Origin: an uncultured Gaiellaceae bacterium
Lineage (GTDB): Bacteria > Actinomycetota > Thermoleophilia > Gaiellales > Gaiellaceae
Reading direction: 5' to 3'
Assembly (NCBI GenBank): GCA_963733065.1
Contig: CAVTBT010000004.1
Coordinates: 271,183-335,182 of the forward strand
Length of the DNA stretch: 64,000 nt
Position 1 is the stretch's first letter; each line of letters opens with the position of its first letter. The notes below the pieces were generated by a model. The model was not told the DNA's origin and ran no database searches. It worked only from the letters and a program-made list of their open reading frames with translations. Of this stretch, positions 11,297 through 20,439 are shown piece by piece. Made by a program: the position numbers and the translations under genes.

Positions 11297-11657
11297 TTAG
11301 CCGATGCTCAGTCGGGGGCGCGGGAGCTCCTCGTAGCGCACGAACGCGTTGCCGGGCGCCATCGCCGAGCTCTCGGGTCAGCATCGCGGACACGGTGTCG
11401 AGGATGCGGCTGACGACCTCGTCGGAGCGCGGCGCGCCCGAGACGCGCACGAGTGGTGGATGCGTCGTGGCCGGCTGCTCGGTGACCGTCACCCCGCCCT
11501 CGGAGTAGTGGGTGAACGGAATCTCCTCCCACGTCGCCCAGGTCCCCCGCGGCTCCTCCCCGAGCACGGCCGCAACCGCGTGCGTGACGACGTCGAGCAC
11601 GCGCCCGATGTCGACGTTCGCCGGCTGGGGGAGCGCGCGGATCTCGATCACGGGCAC
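11297..11657 (-). pseudogene. tautomerase (4-OT superfamily, ~120 aa) with an apparent +1 frameshift near 11363
   Basis: Starts MPVIEIRAL (Pro1). Frame 2 reads ..VSAMLTRELG, and the next frame continues MAPGNAFVRYEELPRPRLSIG*. Gene length 361 nt equals 3n+1. The 291-aa ORF in the track is read-through into the neighbouring gene. Confidence 0.6.
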
Positions 11658-11664
11658 GGCGTCC

Positions 11665-12123
11665 TCACCCCCCGGCCGGGCACGCCCCGTCGGCGTATCT
11701 GCCGTAGTCGTCGGGCCCGATCACCCACCGCCAGCGTCCGTCGACCGCGAACAGGTGGACGGTGAGGTCGAACGTCTGGGGCTCCGAGTCGGGCACCGCC
11801 AGCGTGAGCTCGAGGGTGACCGCCGTGCTGTCGTCCCGGTCGTCCTCGCCCGGGACCGGCCAGGGCTCCTCGCGCACGTTCGCGACGCGGATGCCGGTGA
11901 CCTCGCCCTGGATCGGGTCGCGCTCCTCGCACGAGATGTAGCGGGCGCGCGACACGGCGTCCTGGTGGCTCGGATGCAGCGCGTCCCAGGCGAGCCCCGT
12001 CTGGCCGCGGTCGAGTTGCTGCACGAGCGTCCTGGCGAAGGCAGCCGGGTCCTCGTCCGGCTCGTCGTCGCCGCCGCAGGCCGCGAGCGCCAGGACGGCG
12101 AGCAGAACGGCGGCGCGCGTCAT
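11665..12123 (-). CDS. hypothetical lipoprotein
   Basis: Signal peptide plus lipobox (LALAAC). 152 aa. No family was recognised. Confidence 0.55.
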   Translation of the reverse strand: MTRAAVLLAVLALAACGGDDEPDEDPAAFARTLVQQLDRGQTGLAWDALHPSHQDAVSRARYISCEERDPIQGEVTGIRVANVREEPWPVPGEDDRDDSTAVTLELTLAVPDSEPQTFDLTVHLFAVDGRWRWVIGPDDYGRYADGACPAGG

Positions 12124-12847
12124 GCCGCGTACGATAAGCGCCGTGAGCGAGCAGTCGGCCGGCCAGTACGTCGCCTACACGTTCTTCCGTGTCGATCCGG
12201 CATGGCGGCGGCTGCCGATCGAGGAGCGCGCGGCGGGGAAGGACGCGTTTGCGGACGTCGTGGAGCGCTGGAGCGAGCGCTTCGACCACCTGCGGACCTA
12301 CTCGACCGCCGGGGTGCGGCCCGAGACCGACTTCTTCCTCTGGAAGATCACGGAGCGGTACGACGACCTGGGCGAGCTCGGCGCGGAGCTGAACGCCGGC
12401 CCGCTCGCGGGCTGGCTCTCCACGCCCTACTCGTACCTCGCGACCACCAAGGCGTCGGCGTACACCCAGGCGCGCCGGGCCCGGAAGGTCGCGCCGAAAG
12501 GCTCGCCCTATCTCGTCGTGTACCCCTTCGTGAAGGTGCGCCCCTGGTACGCGCTGCCGTCCGAGGATCGTCAGCGCGCGATGGACGAGCACATCCGCAT
12601 CGGCCGTGAGGAGTTCCCGACCATCCACAACCACACGACCTACTCCTTCGGCATCGACGACCAGGAGTTCATGACCGCGTTCGAGTGCGACGAGCCGGCC
12701 GATTTCATGCATCTGATGCTGCGGCTCCGCGACTCCGAGGCGAGCCGCTACACGGAGCGCGATACGCCGATCTTCGTCGGCAGGCACGTCCCGATCCGCG
12801 AGGCGCTCGACGCACTCGACGGCGCAGCGACCCGCGTCGAGGCGTAG
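12122..12847 (+). CDS. chdC: coproheme decarboxylase / hydrogen-peroxide-dependent heme synthase (chlorite-dismutase family)
   Basis: Reads YTFFRVDPAWRRL...YLVVYPFVKVRPWYALP...RQRAMDEHIRIG..HNHTTYSFGIDDQEFMTAFE, as in actinobacterial HemQ. Confidence 0.82.
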   Translation: MPRTISAVSEQSAGQYVAYTFFRVDPAWRRLPIEERAAGKDAFADVVERWSERFDHLRTYSTAGVRPETDFFLWKITERYDDLGELGAELNAGPLAGWLSTPYSYLATTKASAYTQARRARKVAPKGSPYLVVYPFVKVRPWYALPSEDRQRAMDEHIRIGREEFPTIHNHTTYSFGIDDQEFMTAFECDEPADFMHLMLRLRDSEASRYTERDTPIFVGRHVPIREALDALDGAATRVEA

Positions 12848-12856
12848 AACCGGCCC

Positions 12857-13228
12857 CTAGCCGTACCGGTGCTCGTCGCGCCACACGCGGACTCCCGCGT
12901 AGACGCACGCCGCGAGCACGAGCACGAACGCGAACGCGTCCGGCCCCGACGGGCGGAGGCCGATCAGCATGCCGATGTCGACGACCGCGACGATCACCGC
13001 GGCGTAGAAGACCCGCCTGCCGCGCTCCGACCACGCCTCGATGTCGCTCCGTCGTTCGCGCCAGAGCAGGAAGAGGAAGAACGCGATGGCGAGGAAGAAG
13101 GCGATGCTGAGGAGGCCGCCGATCGCAGCCAGCGTCTCCTCGAGCGACAGCACGACCACGACCGCGACGATCGCCGTGATGATCATGAACCCGCGTGCGG
13201 TCGGGTGGTCGGAGAGCCAGCGCCTCAT
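12857..13228 (-). CDS. hypothetical membrane protein
   Basis: 123-aa ORF with 3-4 hydrophobic helices. Confidence 0.5.
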   Translation of the reverse strand: MRRWLSDHPTARGFMIITAIVAVVVVLSLEETLAAIGGLLSIAFFLAIAFFLFLLWRERRSDIEAWSERGRRVFYAAVIVAVVDIGMLIGLRPSGPDAFAFVLVLAACVYAGVRVWRDEHRYG

Positions 13229-13235
13229 CGACTCA

Positions 13236-13589
13236 TCATCCCGTCAGGAAGGCCCGGACGGCGAGCGCGGCCGCGAGCAGCGTCGTGAGCGAGAACCAGA
13301 GCAGCCGCCGTCGCCCCTCCGCCGGCGCGTAGAACCACGGCACGAGCGCCGCGCCGAGCGCGAGCGAGCCGTACGCGTAGTGCAGGTCGTCCGGCGCCCG
13401 CCGGTCGTCGGAGAGGAGCAGGAGGCCGATGCCAACCTGCGCCACCAGCAGCGTCTGCGCCAGCGCCAACACGTGGGCGAGGACGTGTCCCGCGCCGCGC
13501 CGGCGCCAGTAGACGAGCCCGCCCCACATCGCCGCGAGCGCACAGACGACGATGAGCGTTGCTCCCAGCCACTGGTGCAGGGATAGCAT
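13236..13589 (-). CDS. hypothetical membrane protein
   Basis: 117-aa ORF with 4 hydrophobic helices. It lies 7 nt from the preceding gene. Confidence 0.5.
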   Translation of the reverse strand: MLSLHQWLGATLIVVCALAAMWGGLVYWRRRGAGHVLAHVLALAQTLLVAQVGIGLLLLSDDRRAPDDLHYAYGSLALGAALVPWFYAPAEGRRRLLWFSLTTLLAAALAVRAFLTG

Positions 13590-13623
13590 CGCGGCTGACC
13601 CTAGCTACCGGCCAGGAGGCGAC

Positions 13624-14244
13624 GTGATCGAGCAAAGCAAGCCGGCTCCCATCACGATCTCCCCTGCGAACGAGGCGAGCTGGGAGGATCTCCAGGCCGT
13701 CTTCGGCACGCGCGGTGATCCGTCCAGGTGCTTCTGCCAGCGGTACAAGATGCAGCCCGGCGAGTCGTGGGCGTCGTTCCCCGCCGAGGAACGCGCCTTC
13801 CGGCTCCGCGCGCAGACCGACTGCGGGCACCCCGGGTCGGGCACGACGAGCGGTCTCGTCGCCTACCTCGACGGCGAGCCCGTCGGCTGGTGCGCGGTCG
13901 AGCCGCGCAACGCCTATCCGCGTCTACTGCTCAAGACCCGCGTCCCGTGGGACGGGCGAGCGGAAGACAAGAACGACGAGACCGTCTGGGCCGTGACCTG
14001 CTTCGTCACCCGCACGGGCTTCCGGCGCCGCGGGGTCAGCCGGGCTCTCGCACGCGCGGCCGTCGACTTCGCCCGTGACCGCGGCGCTCGCGCCGTCGAG
14101 GGCTATCCGATGATCACCGAGCCAGGGCGCGACATCATGCCGGTCGAGGTGCACGTGGGCAGCCGCAGCGCTTTCGCCGAAGCCGGGTTCGTCGAGGTAA
14201 GTCATCCGACCCTCCGTCGGGTCGTGATGCGCATCGATTTCTAG
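13624..14244 (+). CDS. GNAT family N-acetyltransferase
   Basis: Contains the acetyl-CoA site TRTGFRRRGVSRALARAAVDFARDRGA. Start taken as GTG at 13624, in frame with the listed ORF. Confidence 0.7.
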   Translation: MIEQSKPAPITISPANEASWEDLQAVFGTRGDPSRCFCQRYKMQPGESWASFPAEERAFRLRAQTDCGHPGSGTTSGLVAYLDGEPVGWCAVEPRNAYPRLLLKTRVPWDGRAEDKNDETVWAVTCFVTRTGFRRRGVSRALARAAVDFARDRGARAVEGYPMITEPGRDIMPVEVHVGSRSAFAEAGFVEVSHPTLRRVVMRIDF

Positions 14245-14316
14245 GCAGGGCGTCTCACGCCTCGCGGTATGCATCCCAAGGACGACACGTCAGCAACGTA
14301 TGGACAGTAGGAGCGG

Positions 14317-14667
14317 GTGAACCTCGAAGAAATCGAGCAGTTCGTCCTCGACGAGATCGCGTCGTACCGATACGAGGTCTCCGACGGAGCGCTGGGGCGA
14401 GCGTTTTCGGCCGACAAGGTAGAACGCCTTCTCGCCGAGATGCGAGCGGCACTCGTCAAGCCGGAGTGGCACATGGTGGACACGTCGAATACAGGTGCCG
14501 TCGCACGTGGGCTCGCGGAACCACGTCGGTGCGCCCTCGTCGCCGACGACGGCACGTACCAGCTGTACTACGACCCGTTCGCGGGCGAATTCGCGCTCGC
14601 GAACGGCGACCCGCCCGCGACGATCGGCGTCGACGGCGACGCCGTCGGCTGCTGGATGGCCCGCTGA
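14317..14667 (+). CDS. hypothetical protein
   Basis: 116-aa ORF with GTG start preceded by AGGAG. Composition is protein-like. No family was recognised. Confidence 0.45.
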   Translation: MNLEEIEQFVLDEIASYRYEVSDGALGRAFSADKVERLLAEMRAALVKPEWHMVDTSNTGAVARGLAEPRRCALVADDGTYQLYYDPFAGEFALANGDPPATIGVDGDAVGCWMAR

Positions 14668-14679
14668 GAGAGGAGAGCA

Positions 14680-15141
14680 ATGATCGAGGAAGGAACCGTC
14701 GCGCCGGACTTCACTCTGCCGAGCGACTCCGGCGAGAGCATCACCCTCTCGGCCCTCCGCGGAAGGCCAGTAGTGCTCTACTTCTATCCCAAGGACGACA
14801 CCCCGGGTTGCACGGCGCAGGCCTGCGGTATCCGCGACGCGTGGGGCGACTTCGAGCAGCGCGGCGCGGTCGTGCTCGGCGTCAGCCCCGACAGCGAGAA
14901 CTCTCATGTGACGTTCAAGCAGAAGTACGGGCTGCCGTTCACCCTCCTCGCCGACCCCGATCACACAGTCGCCGACGACTACGGCGTCTGGGTGGAGAAG
15001 TCGTACGCCGGCCGCACGTACTGGGGCGTCGAGCGGTCGACCTTCGTGATCGACGCCGACGGCACGATCGCGAGCGTGATGCGCAAGGTCAAGCCGGACA
15101 CGCACGCCGAGCAGGTGCTCGAAGCGCTCCCGGCCGCCTAG
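14680..15141 (+). CDS. bcp: thioredoxin-dependent peroxiredoxin (Bcp type)
   Basis: Contains APDFTLP, VVLYFYPKDDTPGCT and STFVID motifs. Confidence 0.9.
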   Translation: MIEEGTVAPDFTLPSDSGESITLSALRGRPVVLYFYPKDDTPGCTAQACGIRDAWGDFEQRGAVVLGVSPDSENSHVTFKQKYGLPFTLLADPDHTVADDYGVWVEKSYAGRTYWGVERSTFVIDADGTIASVMRKVKPDTHAEQVLEALPAA

Positions 15142-15470
15142 CTGCAGGCCTGCCGCACAGCCTCCTGTGGCGGCCGCGAACGGCCGATGAAATGGGGGAG
15201 CGCCGGTGGGCGGGGAGAGGAAGGGACGCCCAACCGGCGCTCTCAGACTGCGTCGGGCTGCCGCAGTCGCGGGATCTTCCACGGTCGTCACGTTCGGTGC
15301 AACCGGCAACGTGCGGTCGCCGCTTCGAAAGGACTGCGGAACCTTGCCCTGTATAGGGTGCCAGGCTTCGTCATGCCACCCGCGACGGCCGCCGTCCCTC
15401 GATCGAGGGAGGCGGAGCGCCATGCCGCCGTCGATCCGACCCTCGTAGGCCCGGAAAGGAACGCTCCCAG

Positions 15471-16460
15471 ATGACGAGACGATCACGCCTGACCGCCCTC
15501 CTTGCACTCGTGGCCGTGGTCGGAGTCGGTGCGGCCGCCGCGCTCGCGGCCGGCGGAGGGAGCGTCCTGCCGACGTTCGAGCTGACGATCACTCCGAACT
15601 ACGTCCACCGGTACGACGATCCGGCGAGCAACTACCAGGGCTTGTGGCTCATGGGCAAGTCGCCGGCGACGCCGTATCGCTCTCCCGACAGCCAGCGCCA
15701 GATCCAGCGGTACATGCTGCTCGACTCGCGCTATCGGGACGCCGACGGTCGGCGCGGGCACGACGAGTGGTGGTTCGTGATCGAGCGCTACTGGCCGTCT
15801 TCGTACGACTCGAGGAACCATGGCAAGTGGGGCACGCAGGTCAACTTCCACAACGTGGCCGGTGACGCGGGGCCGCCCAACTCCGGCGGGATCGGCTGGG
15901 GCTTCGGGCGCGGGATCTCGTCGCTGTACCTCGGCTGGAAGCCCGAGCTGCGGCACCCGACGATCAACATCGAGCTCGATCCGAGTACGACCAACCTGTC
16001 ACTCCCCGTGGCCAAACGGGACGCCTGGCACACCTACGTCGTGCACTGGATCGCAGGTCGGACGGATGGCACCACGGTCCGACCCGGCTCCATCACCGTC
16101 TGGGCCGACGGAGCCAACCGGCCGGTGATCACGCGCCGCAACATCAACACGGTCCAGCGCGCCAAGGGCCCGGATGGACGGTCGTACACCCAGCGCTGGA
16201 TGCAGCTCTGGGAGGGCGACTACACGAGCGAGCTGCCCGTCCCTGCAACGACACGCCTCGTGCTGACGCGGATCGGGAACACGCTCGCCGGGGCGCTCGC
16301 CGACCGTCCGCGGCTCGCCGGGACCACCCTCCGCGGCTGGCAGTACACCGGCTCCGGCAGCGATCTCGGCCCGCCGACGGCGCGCCAACTGCCCTCCCGC
16401 CCCGCGTCGGCCGCGCGCATCCCACCGAGCCTGCGGGGCGCCGCGGCCCGCGGTCGGTAG
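15471..16460 (+). CDS. secreted protein, polysaccharide-lyase / concanavalin-like fold (tentative)
   Basis: Has a signal peptide. The segment WHTYVVHWIAG..GSITVWADG resembles heparin-lyase-I-like family proteins. This call rests on pattern recall only. Confidence 0.45.
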   Translation: MTRRSRLTALLALVAVVGVGAAAALAAGGGSVLPTFELTITPNYVHRYDDPASNYQGLWLMGKSPATPYRSPDSQRQIQRYMLLDSRYRDADGRRGHDEWWFVIERYWPSSYDSRNHGKWGTQVNFHNVAGDAGPPNSGGIGWGFGRGISSLYLGWKPELRHPTINIELDPSTTNLSLPVAKRDAWHTYVVHWIAGRTDGTTVRPGSITVWADGANRPVITRRNINTVQRAKGPDGRSYTQRWMQLWEGDYTSELPVPATTRLVLTRIGNTLAGALADRPRLAGTTLRGWQYTGSGSDLGPPTARQLPSRPASAARIPPSLRGAAARGR

Positions 16461-16480
16461 CAGCGTCTGGCGAGCCCTTC

Positions 16481-17287
16481 TCAGGCACCGATCGAGAGTG
16501 CCACGCGACCGAGCCGGCCCATGTCCGCGACCACCTCGTCGCCACGGCTGACCGGGACGTTGACCACGAGCCCCGTGATCACACGGTCGCCGGCACACAG
16601 CCGCTCGCCGACCCCGGCCAGCACGCGCGCCGCCGCATCGACGCGCTCCGCGACGTCGAAGCCGACCTGGCCGGTCGCACGCGTCCGGCCGTTGACGATG
16701 AGCCGCGCCGCCGTCGGTTCATCGGGAGGCGCCGACTCGAACGAGCCGAACGCGACGGCACGGTGAAAGACATTTCCGGCGACGACGGCCTCCGGATCGT
16801 CCGGAGGGTGCTTGACGTCGCAGATCTCGAGCGCCACTGCGTACCCGGCAATCGCGCCCTGTGTCGCTGCGACCGAGGTCCTGGAGTCGACGTCGCTCCC
16901 GAGCCGAACCGCCACCTCGGCGTCGGCGAAGAGCACCGCGGCGCTGTCGTCGGCGGCATACGCCGAGCCACCGCGCAGACACGTGTCCGACGTCAGGTGA
17001 CCGACGGCGATCTCGTCCTCGATGCGCTCGCGCTCGCCAAGGCCGAGCTTCCAGCCGACACGCCGAGCGCCGCTTCGCAAGACCTGGTCGCGCTGCTCGA
17101 GCTGGACCTGCAGCGCCCGGACGAGCCGCTCGTCCACATCGCTCTCGAGCTCGGCAGCCAGGCGCCGGCGGAGCTGCGACAGCGACCTGTCGAGCTCGTC
17201 GTGCTGCCTATCGTCCTCGATGTCGGCGAAGGCTCGCTTCGCCGCGTCGGTCACCTTTTCGAGCCACCGTCGCCGCTCGGCGTCCAT
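16481..17287 (-). CDS. FAH-superfamily hydratase/decarboxylase (2-keto-4-pentenoate hydratase-like)
   Basis: 268 aa. Contains GWKLGLG..., ...EVAVRLG... and ..GDRVITG... motifs, consistent with the MhpD/HpcG family. Confidence 0.6.
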   Translation of the reverse strand: MDAERRRWLEKVTDAAKRAFADIEDDRQHDELDRSLSQLRRRLAAELESDVDERLVRALQVQLEQRDQVLRSGARRVGWKLGLGERERIEDEIAVGHLTSDTCLRGGSAYAADDSAAVLFADAEVAVRLGSDVDSRTSVAATQGAIAGYAVALEICDVKHPPDDPEAVVAGNVFHRAVAFGSFESAPPDEPTAARLIVNGRTRATGQVGFDVAERVDAAARVLAGVGERLCAGDRVITGLVVNVPVSRGDEVVADMGRLGRVALSIGA

Positions 17288-17316
17288 CCATCCATCGTCA
17301 CCGCATGCGGTGGCCG

Positions 17317-17664
17317 TTAAGCACGCGGTCGGGTCTGCAAGGACTCGACGACGTCGGCCGCCTGCCCGAGCTTCTCCACCACGACGTACGTCTTGTATTC
17401 GGCGACGGTCCGCTCGACGTCCGGGTAGACATGGCCGGGGAGCACCGCGAAGTGCCGAGGCTCCGCCCTGATGCCCTCATACCGCGGAGCCGAGATCGCG
17501 AGCGTCCGGACACAGGTCGGATCGGCGCACTCACACGAGATCACGTGGCTGCCGGTGAGCTCGGCGAGCGGATCGTCACGCGTCAGGCGCTCGTTGATCT
17601 CGCGGAACATCGCCTGGTTACGCCCAGCGCGGACTTCGCGTTCGTCGCTCGAGACGGACTCCAT
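17317..17664 (-). CDS. hypothetical protein
   Basis: Internal ATG at 17664 (MESVSSDERE..) is preceded by GGGGAG. No family was recognised. Confidence 0.4.
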   Translation of the reverse strand: MESVSSDEREVRAGRNQAMFREINERLTRDDPLAELTGSHVISCECADPTCVRTLAISAPRYEGIRAEPRHFAVLPGHVYPDVERTVAEYKTYVVVEKLGQAADVVESLQTRPRA

Positions 17665-17836
17665 GTGGTGGCTCCCCGGTGGTGGGTCGACGTCGCCGGG
17701 GGAGGTCCTCTCGAGCACCCGCCTAAGTACAAGGCCGGGTCAGAGTCATGGGCACCGAAGGGCACCCTGGCGACCTCATTGTACCTCGTTGGAGCCGCCG
17801 ACCGACCCGCCGGAGCGCGGACCCTAGAGTGCCGCT

Positions 17837-18595
17837 GTGCGTGTCTTCACCTACGCTGAGAGGCCGGACCTCGCTGCGCGCACCGGCGAGATCGACGACG
17901 TCCTGGCCGCGTTCCTGGGTCACGGCGAGGTGGCGCTGCGGCACTGGCACCGGCTGCGTCACGAGCTGCCGGAGCTGCAGCTCGTGCTCTGGGACGACGA
18001 GCAAGACGCCGTGGTAGGCCACGCGAGGACGATTCCGGCGCGGACGTCGGAGGCGCTCCCCGGCGGAATCGACGACCTACTGGAGGCGTGGTTCGGAGAC
18101 GGCGCCCGCCCCGAACCGGATGTCCTGTCGGCGCTCGTCGCGGTCGTCGACCGGAAACGCCAGCGAGAGGGGCTGTCGTCCGTGCTCATCCGCGCCATGG
18201 GCGATATCGCCGTTCGGCAGGGCTTCCCCGCGCTCGTCGCTCCCGTTCGCCCGACGTGGAAGGACCGCTACCCGTTGATCCCGATGGAGCGCTACGTCGC
18301 CTGGAGACGCGACGACGGCCTCCCCTTCGACCCGTGGCTCCGCGTGCACACCCGCCTCGGCGCGGAGCTGCTGGAGGTGTGCCCCGAGTCGATGCGGATC
18401 GAGGGCAGCGTCGACGAGTGGGAGGAATGGACGGGCATGGCCTTCCCGGAGGACGGCGACTACGTCGTCCCCGGCGCGCTCGTCCCGGTCCGGGTCGCCG
18501 GCGGTCGCGGCCTCTACGTCGAGCCCAACGTCTGGATGCGCCATACCGTGGTCGACGTCGTAGAGCCACTCAGCCGAACCGCCGGATTGCGTTGA
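17837..18595 (+). CDS. GNAT-like acetyltransferase family protein (tentative)
   Basis: 252-aa ORF with protein-like composition. The region VVDRKRQREGLSSVLIRAMGDIA resembles a GNAT core. Confidence 0.5.
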   Translation: MRVFTYAERPDLAARTGEIDDVLAAFLGHGEVALRHWHRLRHELPELQLVLWDDEQDAVVGHARTIPARTSEALPGGIDDLLEAWFGDGARPEPDVLSALVAVVDRKRQREGLSSVLIRAMGDIAVRQGFPALVAPVRPTWKDRYPLIPMERYVAWRRDDGLPFDPWLRVHTRLGAELLEVCPESMRIEGSVDEWEEWTGMAFPEDGDYVVPGALVPVRVAGGRGLYVEPNVWMRHTVVDVVEPLSRTAGLR

Positions 18596-18767
18596 ACGGC
18601 CCCCGGGAGCAAGGGTGAGTTCCGCGGGGAGGTCGCGGCCCCGCGCTCCAGGTCACTCGTCGGGTTCGGCGATCCCCTGCTGAACAATCCACGTGCCGGC
18701 GAATTCAGCCGGAATCGTCGCGGCCAGCTCCAAGGAGGGATTGGCGGTGTCGCCCACTAGAAACCCG

Positions 18768-19232
18768 TTAGCGGGACGTATCGAGCCGCGGCCGTCCGAG
18801 GATTTCATGGACGGTCAAGCGACCGTCGGGCTTTCGCACGGTCAAGCCCCAGCGCCGCTGTCCGAGGCGCACGATGCGCTCGTACTTCGGCTGCGCCTCG
18901 TAACCCGGCTGAGCGACCATCGGATACAGCCCTTTGCGCTCCTGCTTTTGCTTCCACGCGCGGATTTCGTCCCACGTCATCCCGTCGAAGAAGCTGTTCT
19001 TATGCCGGATTCCGAACCACCGGGCCGGGAACCACCACTTCACCGCTCTCCCGACAGCGGTGCGGCGACACCAACAGTCCGGGTCGCAGCCGCACTCGTA
19101 GTTGCGCGGGTTGTGGATGCGATGGAGCAGCGGGCGCCCTGCCACGGAAGCAGCGTAGCGCGGCCTACGCGGCCAGAGCCGCGCGCCTGCTCGGACGAGC
19201 GCTGACTCGTCCGACAGCGGCGACATTGCCAT
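18768..19232 (-). CDS. hypothetical protein (Cys/Trp-rich N-terminal half)
   Basis: 154-aa ORF in a locally lower-GC stretch. No family was recognised. Confidence 0.4.
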   Translation of the reverse strand: MAMSPLSDESALVRAGARLWPRRPRYAASVAGRPLLHRIHNPRNYECGCDPDCWCRRTAVGRAVKWWFPARWFGIRHKNSFFDGMTWDEIRAWKQKQERKGLYPMVAQPGYEAQPKYERIVRLGQRRWGLTVRKPDGRLTVHEILGRPRLDTSR

Positions 19233-19367
19233 CTACTGAGGCCGATCGGAGCCGTCTACGCTTCCGCGGCTACCGCCGGCGCGGCAGCCCTGGACGGGTG
19301 GGGTTACGAGGCGCGTCGGCACGGGCAGACAGGTGATAGCGCGCGCCTGACGCTGCGGCCACGGCAC

Positions 19368-19438
19368 CCTGTGGGGGGTCGGTGCCTTGCCTGACGGCGC
19401 GCGCTTCAGAGGCTCGCCTCAACGAAGAAACGTCTCTG
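19368..19438. repeat. copy 1 of a ~70-bp direct repeat
   Basis: CCTGTGGGGGGTCGGTGCCTTGCCTGACGGCGCGCGCTTCAGAGGC..AACGAAGAAACGTCTCTG. It is about 90% identical to 20009-20077. Confidence 0.85.
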
Positions 19439-19552
19439 TGGCCACGACCGAGCGCGAGATCTACGGTGGCTCGCCGGTACGCGCCAGTACACACACCTCG
19501 CAGGAGCATGGGGTCGTTCCCGCGTGCGCCCGGATCGTTCTAGAGTGCCGTC

Positions 19553-19948
19553 GTGCTGAGGGGGCGCTGCGCGTGCAATGCCGTTGCGTTTGAGGTCTCG
19601 GACGAGTTCGTCGCCGCGTACAACTGCCACTGCTCGAACTGCCGTGCGGAGACAGGCTCGGCGTTCTTGCCCTGGGGCGAAATCGAGCCCGTGAAGCTGA
19701 GGATGACCAAGGGTGCGGACTCGTTGATAGTGATTGGCGATGCCCAGGGCCACCACGCGAGGCGCTGCGGGAAGTGCTTCTCGCTGCTGAATTGGACGGG
19801 TTACGAAGGCAAGATCCGTGTGCCCTATGGGTCACTGATCGACGAGCCGGCGCTCAAGCCGATGGCGCACATGTTCGTCGGCTCGAAAGCTCCTTGGTAT
19901 GAAATCCTCGACGACCTCCCTCAGCACGACGAGTACCCGTGGTCTTGA
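19553..19948 (+). CDS. GFA family protein (glutathione-dependent formaldehyde-activating / CENP-V fold)
   Basis: Cys pattern C-x-C..CHCSNC..C-x-x-C, with ..HMFVGSKAPWYEI.. typical of GFA. Confidence 0.75.
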   Translation: MLRGRCACNAVAFEVSDEFVAAYNCHCSNCRAETGSAFLPWGEIEPVKLRMTKGADSLIVIGDAQGHHARRCGKCFSLLNWTGYEGKIRVPYGSLIDEPALKPMAHMFVGSKAPWYEILDDLPQHDEYPWS

Positions 19949-20008
19949 TCGGCTGATACGGATCTAATCCATGCTCTAGGCTCTGACGCTCGCGAGTGGA
20001 GCGGGCAG

Positions 20009-20077
20009 CCTGTGGGGGGTCGGTGCCTTGTCTGACGGCGCGCGCTTCAGAGGCGCCCTCAACAAGGAACGTCTCTG
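20009..20077. repeat. copy 2 of the ~70-bp direct repeat
   Basis: Same sequence as 19368-19438, with a few substitutions and a 2-nt indel. Confidence 0.85.
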
Positions 20078-20286
20078 AGGTTAGTTCGCTGGACTGACAT
20101 CGCAAGCTCAGCTAGGCGGCCTCGGCGCGACAAGTAGGAGCAGCCGAGATCGACCAAACCTACGGGCACCTGCGACCCGACTCCGAGGGTATCTGCGCGG
20201 CCTGCTCGACCCTACGATGACCTCGTGGACTGAGCGTGGACTATGGGAACGGCCGACAGCCCGCAATCCCTTCCGTAGAACCGAGA

Positions 20287-20370
20287 TGCGGATGAGAGGA
20301 CTTGAACCTCCACGGGGTTTCCCCCACACGGACCTGAACCGTGCGCGTCTACCAATTCCGCCACATCCGC
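20287..20370 (-). tRNA. tRNA-Leu (anticodon CAG), long variable arm, no encoded CCA
   Basis: Reverse strand reads GCGGATGTGGCGGAATTGGTAGACGCGCACGGTTCAGGTCCGTGTGGGGGAAACCCCGTGGAGGTTCAAGTCCTCTCATCCGCA. The cloverleaf was folded by hand. Confidence 0.9.
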
Positions 20371-20439
20371 GGGCGGCGGACATCATAGCCGCGTGCTCCC
20401 GGCCCTCCCGAGCCGCGATGTGGCTGTTCAGGACGTACC

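Noticed and set aside
10782-11657. 291-aa minus-strand ORF overlapping the GH-A lipoprotein gene
   Set aside because: Only the first ~105 codons look like a real (tautomerase) protein. The rest is read-through after the frameshift at about 11363, antisense to a well-supported gene.
18600-20370. Integrated mobile element at tRNA-Leu, with the 70-bp repeats as attL/attR
   Set aside because: No integrase, excisionase or transposase ORF is present. The repeats are not derived from the tRNA 3' end and enclose only one small gene.
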